64,000 nucleotides of DNA from Patescibacteria group bacterium (lineage in GTDB: Bacteria; Patescibacteriota; Minisyncoccia; UBA6257; GWB1-50-10). Each line of letters opens with the position of its first letter. Position 1 is the stretch's first letter. Shown piece by piece: positions 46,808-56,821 of this stretch. Location of the stretch: contig JANBVK010000001.1 of the NCBI GenBank assembly GCA_024239035.1, positions 107,010 to 171,009 on the forward strand. Direction: 5' to 3'. Both the position numbers and the translations under genes were made by a program. Below the pieces are notes generated by a model, which had not been told where the DNA came from, ran no database searches, and worked only from the letters and a program-made list of their open reading frames with translations.

Positions 46808-48709
46808 ATGACAAGACCGTTCAATAACGCTTATCAAAATATTCTCTTAGTTCTGATCCTTGGTTTGGCTGCTATTTTGATGTTCAATGCCGCAAGCGGT
46901 GAGTCGGCTATCACGGATGAGCGGGCACACATCCCCGCCGGCTTTGGCTACGTTAAATTCCTGGACTACCGTCTAAATCCCGAACACCCGCCGTTTATAA
47001 AAGCATTATCTGCTCTACCGCTCACCATCCTCGACTTAAACTTTCCAACCGAACACAGAAGCTGGACGGAAGACGTAAACGGCCAGTGGGATGCCGGCAC
47101 TCAATTTCTCTATAAATCAGGAAACGACGCAGATCAAATAGTAACCGTCTCACGGCTCTTCCCTATCGTCCTTACCCTTCTGACTATCGTAATAATCTAT
47201 ATCTGGTCGCGGGAGCTTCTTGGGAACTGGTGGGCTCTTATTCCAGCTTTCCTTTTCGGCCTATCACCAACCGTACTTACCCACGGTCACTATGTCACAA
47301 CCGACATCGGTGCTACTTTTGGCATTCTTCTTGCCACATTTGCTTTCACTAAGTTTCTTCTCAAGCCCTCTAAAACAAATACAATCTGGGCTGGAATCGC
47401 TTTCGGTATTGCGCAAATTACGAAATTTTCAGCTGCCCTGCTTATTCCTTATTTCTTAATTCTTACTTTCTTATTTTATCTAGGACTCGTTTTGCGGGAT
47501 TGGAAGACAACCGAGAGAATCTCTAGAATAAAAAATTCTTTAAGAATCTTTTGGGTGTACCTCCGAGGCATCGTTTTTGTATTTGTAATCGGTGCCCTTG
47601 TTATTTATGCAGTCTATTTCCTCTTCACTATAAACTATCCTCCTGAAAAACACTTAACTGACGCCACTCAAATTCTTACTTCTTTTAGCCCTCACTGGAT
47701 AGCCGACGTAAATCTCGCAATGATTCAAAGTCCCGTGCTCCGACCTATGGGCGAATATACGTTGGGACTTTTAATGGTTCTCCAGCGCTCCGCCGGCGGT
47801 AACACGGGTTATTTCTTAGGCGAAGTCTCGGCTACCGGTTGGTGGTACTACTTCCCTGTTGTGTTTCTGTTAAAAGAACCCCTACCCTCTTTAATTCTAA
47901 TCTTCTTTGCGCTGGGACTCGGTATCTGGCACATCATTAAAAGCCTAAAATCTAAAACCTCCAAATTAAAAACTTTCACAAACTACTTGGGCACTCACCT
48001 TCCTGAATTTGCAATGCTTACGTTTATCGTAATTTACTGGGGATATAGCATGAGAAGTCCTTTGAACATTGGCGTTCGCCATCTATTGCCGACCATGCCT
48101 TTCATTTACATCTTATCCATAAGCAGCATAAAATCATGGGCTAATACGAAATTAGATTTGAAAGACAAATTTATCGCATCGCTCTTCGCCGTTTCAAGCT
48201 ACCTGCGTAAAACATTCATAAAATTCTTATTTCTTGCCATCCTGCTCCTATGGTATCTTGGAGGAACCATAGTCGCAGCTCCTTACTTCCTTTCTTATTT
48301 TAACGAGCTGGGCGGCGGAACTACTAACGGCTACCGTTATGTAACTGATTCAAATTATGACTGGGGTCAGGATTTAAAACGATTACAGGCATTTGTTAAG
48401 GACAAGAATATCGATCTTATCGCAGTGGATTATTTTGGCGGCGGAGATCCTAAATACTACCTTGGTGAAAACGTTGCTGAATATTGGTGGTCAGCGCGGG
48501 GTAATCCCAGGGACATTGGCATTGAATGGTTGGCGGTCTCCATAAACTCCCTGCAGGGCTCTCTAGGAAAAACCGCCCCCGGCTTTGAACGAAAGCCGGA
48601 AGATGAATATCGCTGGCTCCAAGAACTCCGTCCCCCACCCGCCGGGCTGGGCCAGGTACCCACACCCGACTTCCGCGCCGGCACTTCCATATTCATCTAC
48701 CACCTATAA
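46808..48709 (+). CDS. GT-C membrane glycosyltransferase (ArnT/PMT-like)
   Basis: TDE..H, NPEHPP, HGHYVTTD, K.S, IGVRHLLP, DSNYDWGQD and many TMs. Confidence 0.88.
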   Translation: MTRPFNNAYQNILLVLILGLAAILMFNAASGESAITDERAHIPAGFGYVKFLDYRLNPEHPPFIKALSALPLTILDLNFPTEHRSWTEDVNGQWDAGTQFLYKSGNDADQIVTVSRLFPIVLTLLTIVIIYIWSRELLGNWWALIPAFLFGLSPTVLTHGHYVTTDIGATFGILLATFAFTKFLLKPSKTNTIWAGIAFGIAQITKFSAALLIPYFLILTFLFYLGLVLRDWKTTERISRIKNSLRIFWVYLRGIVFVFVIGALVIYAVYFLFTINYPPEKHLTDATQILTSFSPHWIADVNLAMIQSPVLRPMGEYTLGLLMVLQRSAGGNTGYFLGEVSATGWWYYFPVVFLLKEPLPSLILIFFALGLGIWHIIKSLKSKTSKLKTFTNYLGTHLPEFAMLTFIVIYWGYSMRSPLNIGVRHLLPTMPFIYILSISSIKSWANTKLDLKDKFIASLFAVSSYLRKTFIKFLFLAILLLWYLGGTIVAAPYFLSYFNELGGGTTNGYRYVTDSNYDWGQDLKRLQAFVKDKNIDLIAVDYFGGGDPKYYLGENVAEYWWSARGNPRDIGIEWLAVSINSLQGSLGKTAPGFERKPEDEYRWLQELRPPPAGLGQVPTPDFRAGTSIFIYHL

Positions 48710-48799
48710 ACTACTCCACAAAATAAGATTTTTGTTTCTGAAGAAACCTGTCGGAGCGAGACGGTGAACATAATCCACCGCTTATCACCCAATCAAAAA

Positions 48800-48987
48800 G
48801 TAGTTCATAAATTCTCCTCTGTAGTATGCCGGAGCGAAGTCATAAATTAACGAACGAGAAACTAAAAAGTAGAAAAACAGTGCTGTTTGAGCGAAGCGAG
48901 TTCGCTGTTTTTCGTTAAGCTTTTCTGTTTTGAGGAGTATATATTTATCTGAGTAAAGGCGGCTACAGAGGAGAATTTATGAACTAC
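48800..48987 (+). repeat. Long-hairpin element family, copy 2
   Basis: Perfect 25-bp arms GTAGTTCATAAATTCTCCTCTGTAG / CTACAGAGGAGAATTTATGAACTAC. Interior nearly identical to copy 1. Confidence 0.85.
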
Positions 48988-48994
48988 ACAACCC

Positions 48995-49789
48995 TTACTG
49001 ATAATAAATCCTGTTTGGCACGCGGAAATCAAAATAAATCACTTTACTAAACTCAAACCGCTTATCCAAATTCTTAATAATCCCCTCCAAGTTATCCGGC
49101 GCAAAATTTAAACTAAAGTAAAATATCGGCCCCGAAGCCACCTCTGCCTGCCACTCCTCGAGAGCTAAATCTCTTATCTCAACGGACGAGACGATAAAAT
49201 CATAATTATCTAGAGTTCCCAATGTTTGAAATACATTCTCTACCCGCACCGGATCGTTAAGAATGGGGTTGCCTAAAATCACCGGACGGTTATTTATATC
49301 TTCAATTTTCAAAATCAAAACCCCCTGAACGTCCGGCACGCGGGCAAAAACAATACCCTGCCGATCAAAACCGTAACAATCATTCTCTAAGACACACCAA
49401 ACCCCGAACAACTCCCTCTCGTGAGCGCCAATGATCACTTTCTTTTCTCCTAAATTCGTCTTGATATTTATCTCTCCCAAAACCGGCAACGAACTGAGAA
49501 ATTCAGGTTTTTTACCAAACTCCCAAAAGAGTATATTATCCGACCCTAATAACGAACGTAGGCGGCTATCACTTATCATTTTTGCATTCAAAGAGGCAAA
49601 TAACACATCGTTAGAAATAAGTTTAGAACCGTTAACCTCAAAACTTTCGACTTTTAAAAAATCGGCATAAAGCACAAAATACGCAAACCCTATAAGCGCG
49701 GCACCGAGGAGAAATCCCGCTCCTGACCACAGCAAAAATCTCAAACGTATTAATCTCTTTTTCTTCTTTTGAAAAGGTAAATCTTGCAT
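48995..49789 (-). CDS. FtsQ/DivIB-like protein
   Basis: Basic N-terminus, TM, POTRA-like VESFEVNG, and C-terminal YFDFRVPNRIYY. Confidence 0.7.
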   Translation of the reverse strand: MQDLPFQKKKKRLIRLRFLLWSGAGFLLGAALIGFAYFVLYADFLKVESFEVNGSKLISNDVLFASLNAKMISDSRLRSLLGSDNILFWEFGKKPEFLSSLPVLGEINIKTNLGEKKVIIGAHERELFGVWCVLENDCYGFDRQGIVFARVPDVQGVLILKIEDINNRPVILGNPILNDPVRVENVFQTLGTLDNYDFIVSSVEIRDLALEEWQAEVASGPIFYFSLNFAPDNLEGIIKNLDKRFEFSKVIYFDFRVPNRIYYQ

Positions 49790-49795
49790 TGCTTG

Positions 49796-50452
49796 CTATT
49801 CGTAAACCCTCACAGGGAATGAATATGTATACTCTGATGCTCCCTCCTCCTGCACCTCAACGCTCACTGGATAATCACCTTTTGAAAGCCAGGTATGACT
49901 TAAAAATCGAACCTCATCCGGAAAAGATTCTCCTTCCTCTCTTTCTCCATCACCCCAATCAACTGAGTAAATAGAAACTCTATTAATTGATACGATAAGC
50001 GGCGTCCCTACCTTAGTAATAATCGTCGCTGGCGGCGGAGGAACAAGAAAGAGGGAACTCGCCTCAGCTGGAAGTGTTTCGCTCTCACCTCCTGTGATAG
50101 AATTAATCGTTAAAATTCCCTGGGGAGAAACCACGGTTGGAGTATTGTTAACCAAAGAACCTGCAAATGACTGAATTTTCTTTCCTACAGGAAAAATGGT
50201 TTCCGCAACTTTCTGTTTTACGTACTGCTTTGCCGTCTCCTCCGTCTCCTCTTTTGCTTCCCGGACTGCCTGGGCTCTCTCACGTGCCTTATTTTCTAAA
50301 CTATCAACTATACTGCCGAGGAACTGCCCCGCTCCTCCTCTCGTCTCACTCCCCGTATCACCGCTCCACCACCGAGCATACCCAAAGTAACCCCCGTATG
50401 AGATCCCCACAAACAGAAGAACCCAAAATACACCAATAAAGAGACGACGCAT
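49796..50452 (-). CDS. Membrane-anchored protein with C-terminal PKD-like domain
   Basis: TM, coiled coil and YSVDWGDG...SHTW...GDY. Confidence 0.7.
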   Translation of the reverse strand: MRRLFIGVFWVLLFVGISYGGYFGYARWWSGDTGSETRGGAGQFLGSIVDSLENKARERAQAVREAKEETEETAKQYVKQKVAETIFPVGKKIQSFAGSLVNNTPTVVSPQGILTINSITGGESETLPAEASSLFLVPPPPATIITKVGTPLIVSINRVSIYSVDWGDGEREEGESFPDEVRFLSHTWLSKGDYPVSVEVQEEGASEYTYSFPVRVYE

Positions 50453-50521
50453 TACACTTATACTACCACTCTCCCCTTACGAATAGTCAAGTAAATCTCT
50501 TTTTACTACCCAACCCTAAAA

Positions 50522-50639
50522 AGTAGTTGATAAATCTTCTCTGTAATATGTCGGAGCGAAGTTATAAATTAACGAACGAGAAACTGAAAAGTAGAAAAAC
50601 AGTGCTGTTTGAGCGAAGCGAGTTCGCTGTTTTTCGTTA
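50522..50639 (+). repeat. Long-hairpin element family, copy 3 (3'-truncated)
   Basis: Matches copies 1 and 2 through CGCTGTTTTTCGTTA, then stops. Confidence 0.85.
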
Positions 50640-50664
50640 CCTTATTACACCACATCCCACAAAC

Positions 50665-50839
50665 GTAATCAGCTTTTAGCTGAGGACAGATTGCTTTTCG
50701 GAATATCTCGCAGTCCCGTTGGGCTTGGTCTCGAGCGAGGTGAGAGCCAGCGGGACGAGGGAAAAGAAAGTTTTACCGCTGGAGTAAAACTATTCTGGTT
50801 CCGAAAGGTAACTGTCCGAGGATACTAAAAGCTGACTAC
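50665..50839 (+). ncRNA. Candidate branched structured RNA with a kink-turn
   Basis: Stems TCAGCTTTTAG/CTAAAAGCTGA, GGACAG/CTGTCC, TTGCTTTTCGGAA/TTCCGAAAGGTAA, GTCCCGTTG/CAGCGGGAC and AGTTTTAC/GTAAAACT. Identity unknown. Confidence 0.5.
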
Positions 50840-52095
50840 TTCCTTCCTATCTCACTCTTCCCCACATAATCTTTCAGCGCTTTTGGAACTTTGATAGTTC
50901 CCCGCTGAGTTTGATAATTCTCAAATATCGCAACTAAAGTCCGCCCAATAGCAAAAGCTGTAGCGTTCAACATATGGACAAACTCTTTCTTCTCTCCCCT
51001 CATCTCATATTTAGTATTAACGCCGCGCGCTTGAAAATCAGTAGTATTAGAGCACGAATGGGTTTCCCGATAAGTCCCCTCTCCGGGAAGCCACGCCTCA
51101 ATATCATGCTGTTGCGCATCAGTCCAGCCCATATCCCCCGTGCATATCTCAACCACTCTGTAAGGGATATCAAGTTTTTCCATTAACTTTTCCTGAAGAG
51201 AAAGTAAAATTTCATACTCCTTAACCGAATCCTTTGGTTTAGTGAATGAGAACATTTCCACTTTATCAAATTGGTGAACTCGCAAAATCCCTTTAGTATC
51301 TTTACCGTATGAGCCCGCCTCCCTCCTAAAACAGGTTGAAAAACCAACATATCGTCGGGGTAGTGTTTTTTCGTTCAATACCTTATTCATATGCATCGGC
51401 CCTATAGTGTGCTCCGCGCTTCCTACCAAATATAGATCGTCTTTGGGTAAATAATAACGTTCCTCTTTCTGGTCTGCGGCAAGTCTCCCCATACCGGCGA
51501 ATGCCTCAGGACGAATCATTACCGGCGGCACAACCGGAATAAATCCATGTGGTAGAAGCGTGTCATATGCAAGCTTCACAAGCCCGAACTCAAGGAGCAC
51601 TGCGTCCCTTAATATATAACTGAAACGAGTGCCCGTCACTTGAGAGGCGCTCTGAATGTCAATCAAGCCTAAATTTTCTGCTAAATCGAGGTGACTTTTC
51701 GGTTGAAATTTAAACTTCGGTTTCTTGCCAACTTCCCTTAAAACTTTATTAAAAGATTCATCTTTACCAACAGGGACGTCCTTAAAGGGTAAGTTGGGTA
51801 AGTAGCTCAAAACCTCATCTCGTTTTTTACCGAAGGTTTCACTCTCACCTTTTATTTGAATAATGCGCTTCTTTAAAATCTGTGCCCGGTTTAACGAGTA
51901 GTCTCTACGACCTTCAGCGAGTTCACTGGTAACCTTATTTTGCTCCGCTTTAAGTTGATCTAGGGCGGCTATTTTTTTCCTCCACTCATCATCCAATCTA
52001 AGAAACTTATCAACAAGCTTTGGATCAACATTTTTTTTAGTAATTCCTTCTCTTACCTTATCTGGATTTTCGCGAATTATATTTACGTCGAGCAT
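50836..52095 (-). CDS. serS: Serine--tRNA ligase
   Basis: MLD...IR, GSAEH, CFRREAGSYGKDTKGILRVHQFDKVEM and SCSNTTDFQAR. Confidence 0.98.
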   Translation of the reverse strand: MLDVNIIRENPDKVREGITKKNVDPKLVDKFLRLDDEWRKKIAALDQLKAEQNKVTSELAEGRRDYSLNRAQILKKRIIQIKGESETFGKKRDEVLSYLPNLPFKDVPVGKDESFNKVLREVGKKPKFKFQPKSHLDLAENLGLIDIQSASQVTGTRFSYILRDAVLLEFGLVKLAYDTLLPHGFIPVVPPVMIRPEAFAGMGRLAADQKEERYYLPKDDLYLVGSAEHTIGPMHMNKVLNEKTLPRRYVGFSTCFRREAGSYGKDTKGILRVHQFDKVEMFSFTKPKDSVKEYEILLSLQEKLMEKLDIPYRVVEICTGDMGWTDAQQHDIEAWLPGEGTYRETHSCSNTTDFQARGVNTKYEMRGEKKEFVHMLNATAFAIGRTLVAIFENYQTQRGTIKVPKALKDYVGKSEIGRK

Positions 52096-52104
52096 AATCT
52101 TAAA

Positions 52105-52509
52105 TTATAAATTAAAGCGTGAAGAATGAAGCTTGTTCGGTTCATATGCATGCATTACCTCAATCTCCGGTTTATATCCTAAATCCTTAATATGATTCTC
52201 CAAATTCTCTCGCAAAGCATGTTGATCGTAACCTATGGCGATAACGTCGGGTTTGTATTTTTTAACAACCTCCCACGTACCAATCTCCATATCACCAACA
52301 ATTACTTCATCAACACCGTCTTCTTTCTTGATATTTTCGAATCGTTCTGCGAGATTAATCTCAGGTAAGTAGCCTTTCAGGTACTGGACAATGTGGTCCT
52401 GCGCCACCACTGCAACTAAATAATCGCCGTGACGGCGGGCCTCCCCAAAAAACGTCCGATGCCCTTCATGAACGCCGTCAAACGTGCCGAATACCATTAC
52501 TCGTTTCAT
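52105..52509 (-). CDS. Cytidylyltransferase-family nucleotidyltransferase (RibL/FAD synthase-like)
   Basis: VMVFGTFDGVHEGH, KPDVIAIGYDQ and HSS. Confidence 0.8.
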   Translation of the reverse strand: MKRVMVFGTFDGVHEGHRTFFGEARRHGDYLVAVVAQDHIVQYLKGYLPEINLAERFENIKKEDGVDEVIVGDMEIGTWEVVKKYKPDVIAIGYDQHALRENLENHIKDLGYKPEIEVMHAYEPNKLHSSRFNL

Positions 52510-52516
52510 ACTAAAG

Positions 52517-53980
52517 TTACTTTGATTTTCTTTTCATTAACGGGAAAAAAACGGTTTCCCTAATCGGTTTATCCATAAGTATAGCGAATACCCGCTCTGA
52601 CATTCCAAAACCGGCTGCAGGCGGCATACCATATTCCAGCGCCTCTAAAAATTCTTCGTCTAATCTTTGCGCTTCCTTATCTCCTTTTTCACGCAACTTC
52701 ATTTGTTCTTCAAATCTCTCTCTTTGATCAATTGGATCATTTAATTCTGAAAAACCCTTACCAAGCTCTGTTTCTACAGCCATTATCTGAAATCTGGCAA
52801 CTCTCCCTGAATCTTTCTCTAATCGCTTAGCAAGAGGCTCAATCTCAACCGGCGGATTAACCAAAAAACACGGTTGTATTAACTTACGTATAACCGCCTT
52901 TTTGAAAATTATATCTATAATCCTCCCCTTCCCAGCAGTACGCTCATATTCTAATTTTAATTCCTTGGCTTTTTTCTGAAGATCTTCGATTGTTGCTTTC
53001 TCTAAATCAACTCCGGTTTCTTTCTTGAATATTTCATAGTAATCAAGTCGTCTCCACTTCTTTCCCCAGTCAACTTGGTGACCGCACGAATTGACGATAA
53101 GCGTCCCACAAACTTTTTTAACAACGTCTTTGTAAAGTTTTTCTGTAAGCTCCATCATGTCTTCATAATCAGCGTACGCCCAATAACACTCCATCTGGGT
53201 ATAGTCCTGCAGATGCTCCCGATCAATCCCCTCGTTTCTAAAGATCCTTCCAATTTCAAATACTTTCTCATACCCACCAACCAAAAGCTTCTTTAAAGGC
53301 AACTCTAAAGAAATTCTAAGATATAAATCCATATCGAGCGCATTCAAATGCGTAATAAACGGTTCTGCATCTGCACCGCCCGGAACACGCTCAAACACCG
53401 GCATTTCTACCTCTAGAAAATCTGCGCTCTTGAGATGTTCTCTCACGGTATCCCAGAATAAACTTTTCTTAACAAACATCTCTTTAATTTCGGGGTGGAG
53501 AAGTATATCCAGATATCGCTCTCTCAGCTTGGTCTCGACATCCTCTAAGCCGTACCGGTGAGCCGGCAGCGGTTTCAAACTCTTCGCAATCATCCTAACC
53601 TGCTGGACAAGCAGACTTTTCTCTCCCCGCTCTGTATTGAAAACTTTCCCTTGAGCTTCTACAAAATCACCAATATCAAAGGTTTCTTTGATGAGCTTAA
53701 AGTTTTTAACTTTTTCCTCGTTAAAAACGAGTTGAAATTTTCCGGTGCCGTCTTGAATATGAGCAAAAATAATCTTTCCTTGATCCCGCCATGCCATAAT
53801 ACGTCCCGCTACCGCGATTGATTTCTTCGAGCTCTCAAACGCCGAAAAACGCTCGATTATTTCAGCTAACGTTGCATCCCGATGAACCTTTGCAGGATAG
53901 GGATTACCAGTCTCTTCATACTTTCTAAGCTTTTTCTTCCGCTCTTTAACTAGATCTTCAAGCATGCCAATGTTGTCCAA
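52517..53980 (-). CDS. lysS: Lysine--tRNA ligase (class II)
   Basis: GGADAEPFITH, YLRISLEL, FRNEGID, SELNDP and YGMPPAAG. The true start may be ATG at 53965. Confidence 0.98.
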   Translation of the reverse strand: MDNIGMLEDLVKERKKKLRKYEETGNPYPAKVHRDATLAEIIERFSAFESSKKSIAVAGRIMAWRDQGKIIFAHIQDGTGKFQLVFNEEKVKNFKLIKETFDIGDFVEAQGKVFNTERGEKSLLVQQVRMIAKSLKPLPAHRYGLEDVETKLRERYLDILLHPEIKEMFVKKSLFWDTVREHLKSADFLEVEMPVFERVPGGADAEPFITHLNALDMDLYLRISLELPLKKLLVGGYEKVFEIGRIFRNEGIDREHLQDYTQMECYWAYADYEDMMELTEKLYKDVVKKVCGTLIVNSCGHQVDWGKKWRRLDYYEIFKKETGVDLEKATIEDLQKKAKELKLEYERTAGKGRIIDIIFKKAVIRKLIQPCFLVNPPVEIEPLAKRLEKDSGRVARFQIMAVETELGKGFSELNDPIDQRERFEEQMKLREKGDKEAQRLDEEFLEALEYGMPPAAGFGMSERVFAILMDKPIRETVFFPLMKRKSK

Positions 53981-53994
53981 ATTTTGGAGCCTTC

Positions 53995-54480
53995 TTATTC
54001 TATACCTAAAATTTTATAATCTGTTTCCTTCTTCGGGGTTTCCACATTAACCACATCGCCAACTTTCTTGCCTAAAACCCCTTTGCCAACCGGAGATTCA
54101 TTAGAAATAAAACCCCGTGTAGGCCTAGCTTCACTCGATCCAACAATGGTATACGCTACTATCTCTCCTTTGTCTTTTTCCAGCTTGACTTTAGATCCAA
54201 TTCTAACCGTTGCCGTGCCGCTGGACTTCTTAATAATGGAAGTTTTTCTTAAGAGATTATCGAGTTCGTTAATCTTTTTCTCTAAATTAGATTGTTCCTC
54301 TCGCGCATCCTGATATTCAGAATTCTCTGAAAGATCCCCCAACTCCTTAGCTTGCTTAAGACGCTTGGCAATCTCTTTTCTGCCTTTAGTCTTTAATTCT
54401 GCAAACTCCTTAGATAATTCGTCGTACCGTTCTTGAGATAAGTAAGTTATATCCATGCTGATTTGTATATCTGCGCTCAA
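53995..54480 (-). CDS. greA: Transcription elongation factor GreA
   Basis: GDLSENSEY and ISNESPVGK. Probable start MDITY. Confidence 0.97.
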   Translation of the reverse strand: MSADIQISMDITYLSQERYDELSKEFAELKTKGRKEIAKRLKQAKELGDLSENSEYQDAREEQSNLEKKINELDNLLRKTSIIKKSSGTATVRIGSKVKLEKDKGEIVAYTIVGSSEARPTRGFISNESPVGKGVLGKKVGDVVNVETPKKETDYKILGIE

Positions 54481-54488
54481 TTTATATA

Positions 54489-56360
54489 TTAGCGCAGTTT
54501 TATTCGGTTCTCATAGTACCACGAAAACACATCTCTAGCTACTGGCACAACGTTTAAACTTCCCTCCCGGGCATCTTCCACCAAAACCAAAATTGCAATC
54601 TGAGGTTCGCCAGCTAACGGATCGTAAGGAGCGTAACCAACAAAGAATGCATTAACTTTTTCATTGTTATTAACCTGAGAGGTACCAGTTTTAGCCGCAA
54701 CGCTAACCGGTAAACCGCTCAAAAGATTAGCGGTCCCGTACGGTCTAACTACCGCATCTCTCATCCCCTGCTGAACCTCTTTTACATAACCGCCAATTCC
54801 CTGACTTATGTCTTTTAAAACGGTGGGTTTACTCCTAATAATTTCTTCCCCCTCACGGTCGATAACCGATTTCATAATACGGAGTTGATAGAATTCACCG
54901 CCCGTAGCTATGGCACTTATGTAGTTTAAAAGAGTAATGGGCGTCACCAATAAATCCCCTTGCCCAATACTTACATTGTAAGTGTCACCCAATCGCCAAG
55001 TTTCCCCTTGTTCATTTTTCCAGTAAGGATCCGGCAGAAAACCAGGAACCTCTCCCGGCAAATCAATTTCTGTCTTCCCTCCCAAATTAAATTTTTGCCA
55101 CCAATCTTTCAACTTAGTAATCCCTAAACCCTGTTGGTTTTTGAATCCACCACCAACTTCGTAAAAATAAACATTGGAAGATCTCGCAAGCGCACTATGA
55201 AGATCAACCCAGCCGTGAGGCCGCCAATCTAAAAAGAGACTTGGGGGAGAATCGGGACTGTAGGGATTGGGGATCTCAATAAAGCCAGCAGAAAAAATTT
55301 CAGTCCCAGGATTAACAACCCCCTCAACCAGAGCCGCTGTAGCGACAAGTGGTTTAATAGTTGAGCCGGGGGCGTACAACCCGCTCACGGCCCGATTGAA
55401 AAAAGGCTGATTATTGCTTTCCAAAAATCCAGCTACGTTATTGGCATCAAAACCCGGAATACTGAAAAGAGCCAAAACCTCACCATTCTGAGGATTAATG
55501 GCAATACCAACGCCTATATTCCTGTCTAACTCAGAAAGCGCCTGCATTAAACGGTTATAAAAGTACTCTTGAAACTCCCGATCGATAAACGTTTCTAACT
55601 TACCGCCCACCTGAGACAACGCTGACACCCTCTTTTCTTTAATCTTGCCTACTGCATCGCGCAAGAAAATCTCCCGTCCGTTTACACCTCGCAAACTGGC
55701 GTCATAGTACGCTTCCAAACCCGCCTTACCAATCTCATCATCAATAAACAAACCCGGACTCTGTTTTAAGTCGTGAACGCTAACCAAACCGGTAAAACCG
55801 AGTAAGTGGGAGAAAGTAAGAGATAATTCATGAACCCTTTTAAAACTCTGTTCAACCCGGAGACCCGGCACGTTATCCGATTCAAGAATAGCTATCTGAT
55901 TATGGTCTAGATCTCCGGTTAAAAAAAGTTTCTCACTAGAACCCCAGTCTTTCTCCTTAATTCTTTGGTCCAATTCTCTCTGATCTATCCCTAAAATCTC
56001 ATTAATTCTCCTAAAAACGGATAACCGATCATCCAAATTTTTAGGCAACTCGTGGGGCACTAAAAAAGTATTAAGAGTCTGCTCATTACGAATTAAGGGA
56101 ATACCAAAACGATCCACAATCACTCCCCGCGGCGCTGGTTCTACTTCAGCATAACTTATATTAGCCAAAGATCGCGATGTATAAAAAGAGTTGTTAAAAA
56201 CCCCCAAATTCACTAATTGGCCAATAACTACTAGAATCAAAAACAGAACCAATACAAAGAAACTTTTAAACACCCTATCACCCAAAGGAACCTCAAGAAG
56301 ATCTTCTTCCACGACCTTATCCGTCAAAATATCTTCTAAATTAATATCCCGTTTATTCAT
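54489..56360 (-). CDS. mrdA: Penicillin-binding protein 2
   Basis: APRGVIVDR, PGSTIK, SSNVYFY and AKTGT. Follows mreBCD. Confidence 0.92.
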   Translation of the reverse strand: MNKRDINLEDILTDKVVEEDLLEVPLGDRVFKSFFVLVLFLILVVIGQLVNLGVFNNSFYTSRSLANISYAEVEPAPRGVIVDRFGIPLIRNEQTLNTFLVPHELPKNLDDRLSVFRRINEILGIDQRELDQRIKEKDWGSSEKLFLTGDLDHNQIAILESDNVPGLRVEQSFKRVHELSLTFSHLLGFTGLVSVHDLKQSPGLFIDDEIGKAGLEAYYDASLRGVNGREIFLRDAVGKIKEKRVSALSQVGGKLETFIDREFQEYFYNRLMQALSELDRNIGVGIAINPQNGEVLALFSIPGFDANNVAGFLESNNQPFFNRAVSGLYAPGSTIKPLVATAALVEGVVNPGTEIFSAGFIEIPNPYSPDSPPSLFLDWRPHGWVDLHSALARSSNVYFYEVGGGFKNQQGLGITKLKDWWQKFNLGGKTEIDLPGEVPGFLPDPYWKNEQGETWRLGDTYNVSIGQGDLLVTPITLLNYISAIATGGEFYQLRIMKSVIDREGEEIIRSKPTVLKDISQGIGGYVKEVQQGMRDAVVRPYGTANLLSGLPVSVAAKTGTSQVNNNEKVNAFFVGYAPYDPLAGEPQIAILVLVEDAREGSLNVVPVARDVFSWYYENRIKLR

Positions 56361-56364
56361 TTAT

Positions 56365-56820
56365 TCATTCTTTTAAAAAACGAAAAATAGGCCAAATAAC
56401 AAACCCTAAGATAAGATTATACAAAACCTCTCCTAAAACTAAACCCACCGATATCAATGAGAACCGGAATACATTGATAATTAAATAAAAAATCACCGTC
56501 CCCAAAAGAATAGCAATCAAGAAATCCAGCATATTGTTACCGGTTAATATCCGCTTTAAAAAATAAAAACCTATAGCTAAAACTACCACCACCAACACTT
56601 GAGGAAACCAGTAAGGGGTTAGGGTAAAAAACACTGCCGCCATTGATAAAAGCAACGCCCCCAAAAACCAAATATTATCTAGTTTAAAAATAATCAACAA
56701 AAAACTAATAAGAATTAAATTAGGGTTGATACTACCTAAACTTAAAATCCCAGACTGCTGCAGAAAAAACGCGGCAACAACCGCTAAAAATACCAATAAA
56801 AATTTTATGTATATGTTCAC
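56365..56820 (-). CDS. mreD: Rod shape protein MreD-like
   Basis: Five TMs and PNLIL, between mreC and mrdA. Confidence 0.7.
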   Translation of the reverse strand: MNIYIKFLLVFLAVVAAFFLQQSGILSLGSINPNLILISFLLIIFKLDNIWFLGALLLSMAAVFFTLTPYWFPQVLVVVVLAIGFYFLKRILTGNNMLDFLIAILLGTVIFYLIINVFRFSLISVGLVLGEVLYNLILGFVIWPIFRFLKE

Positions 56821-56821
56821 A

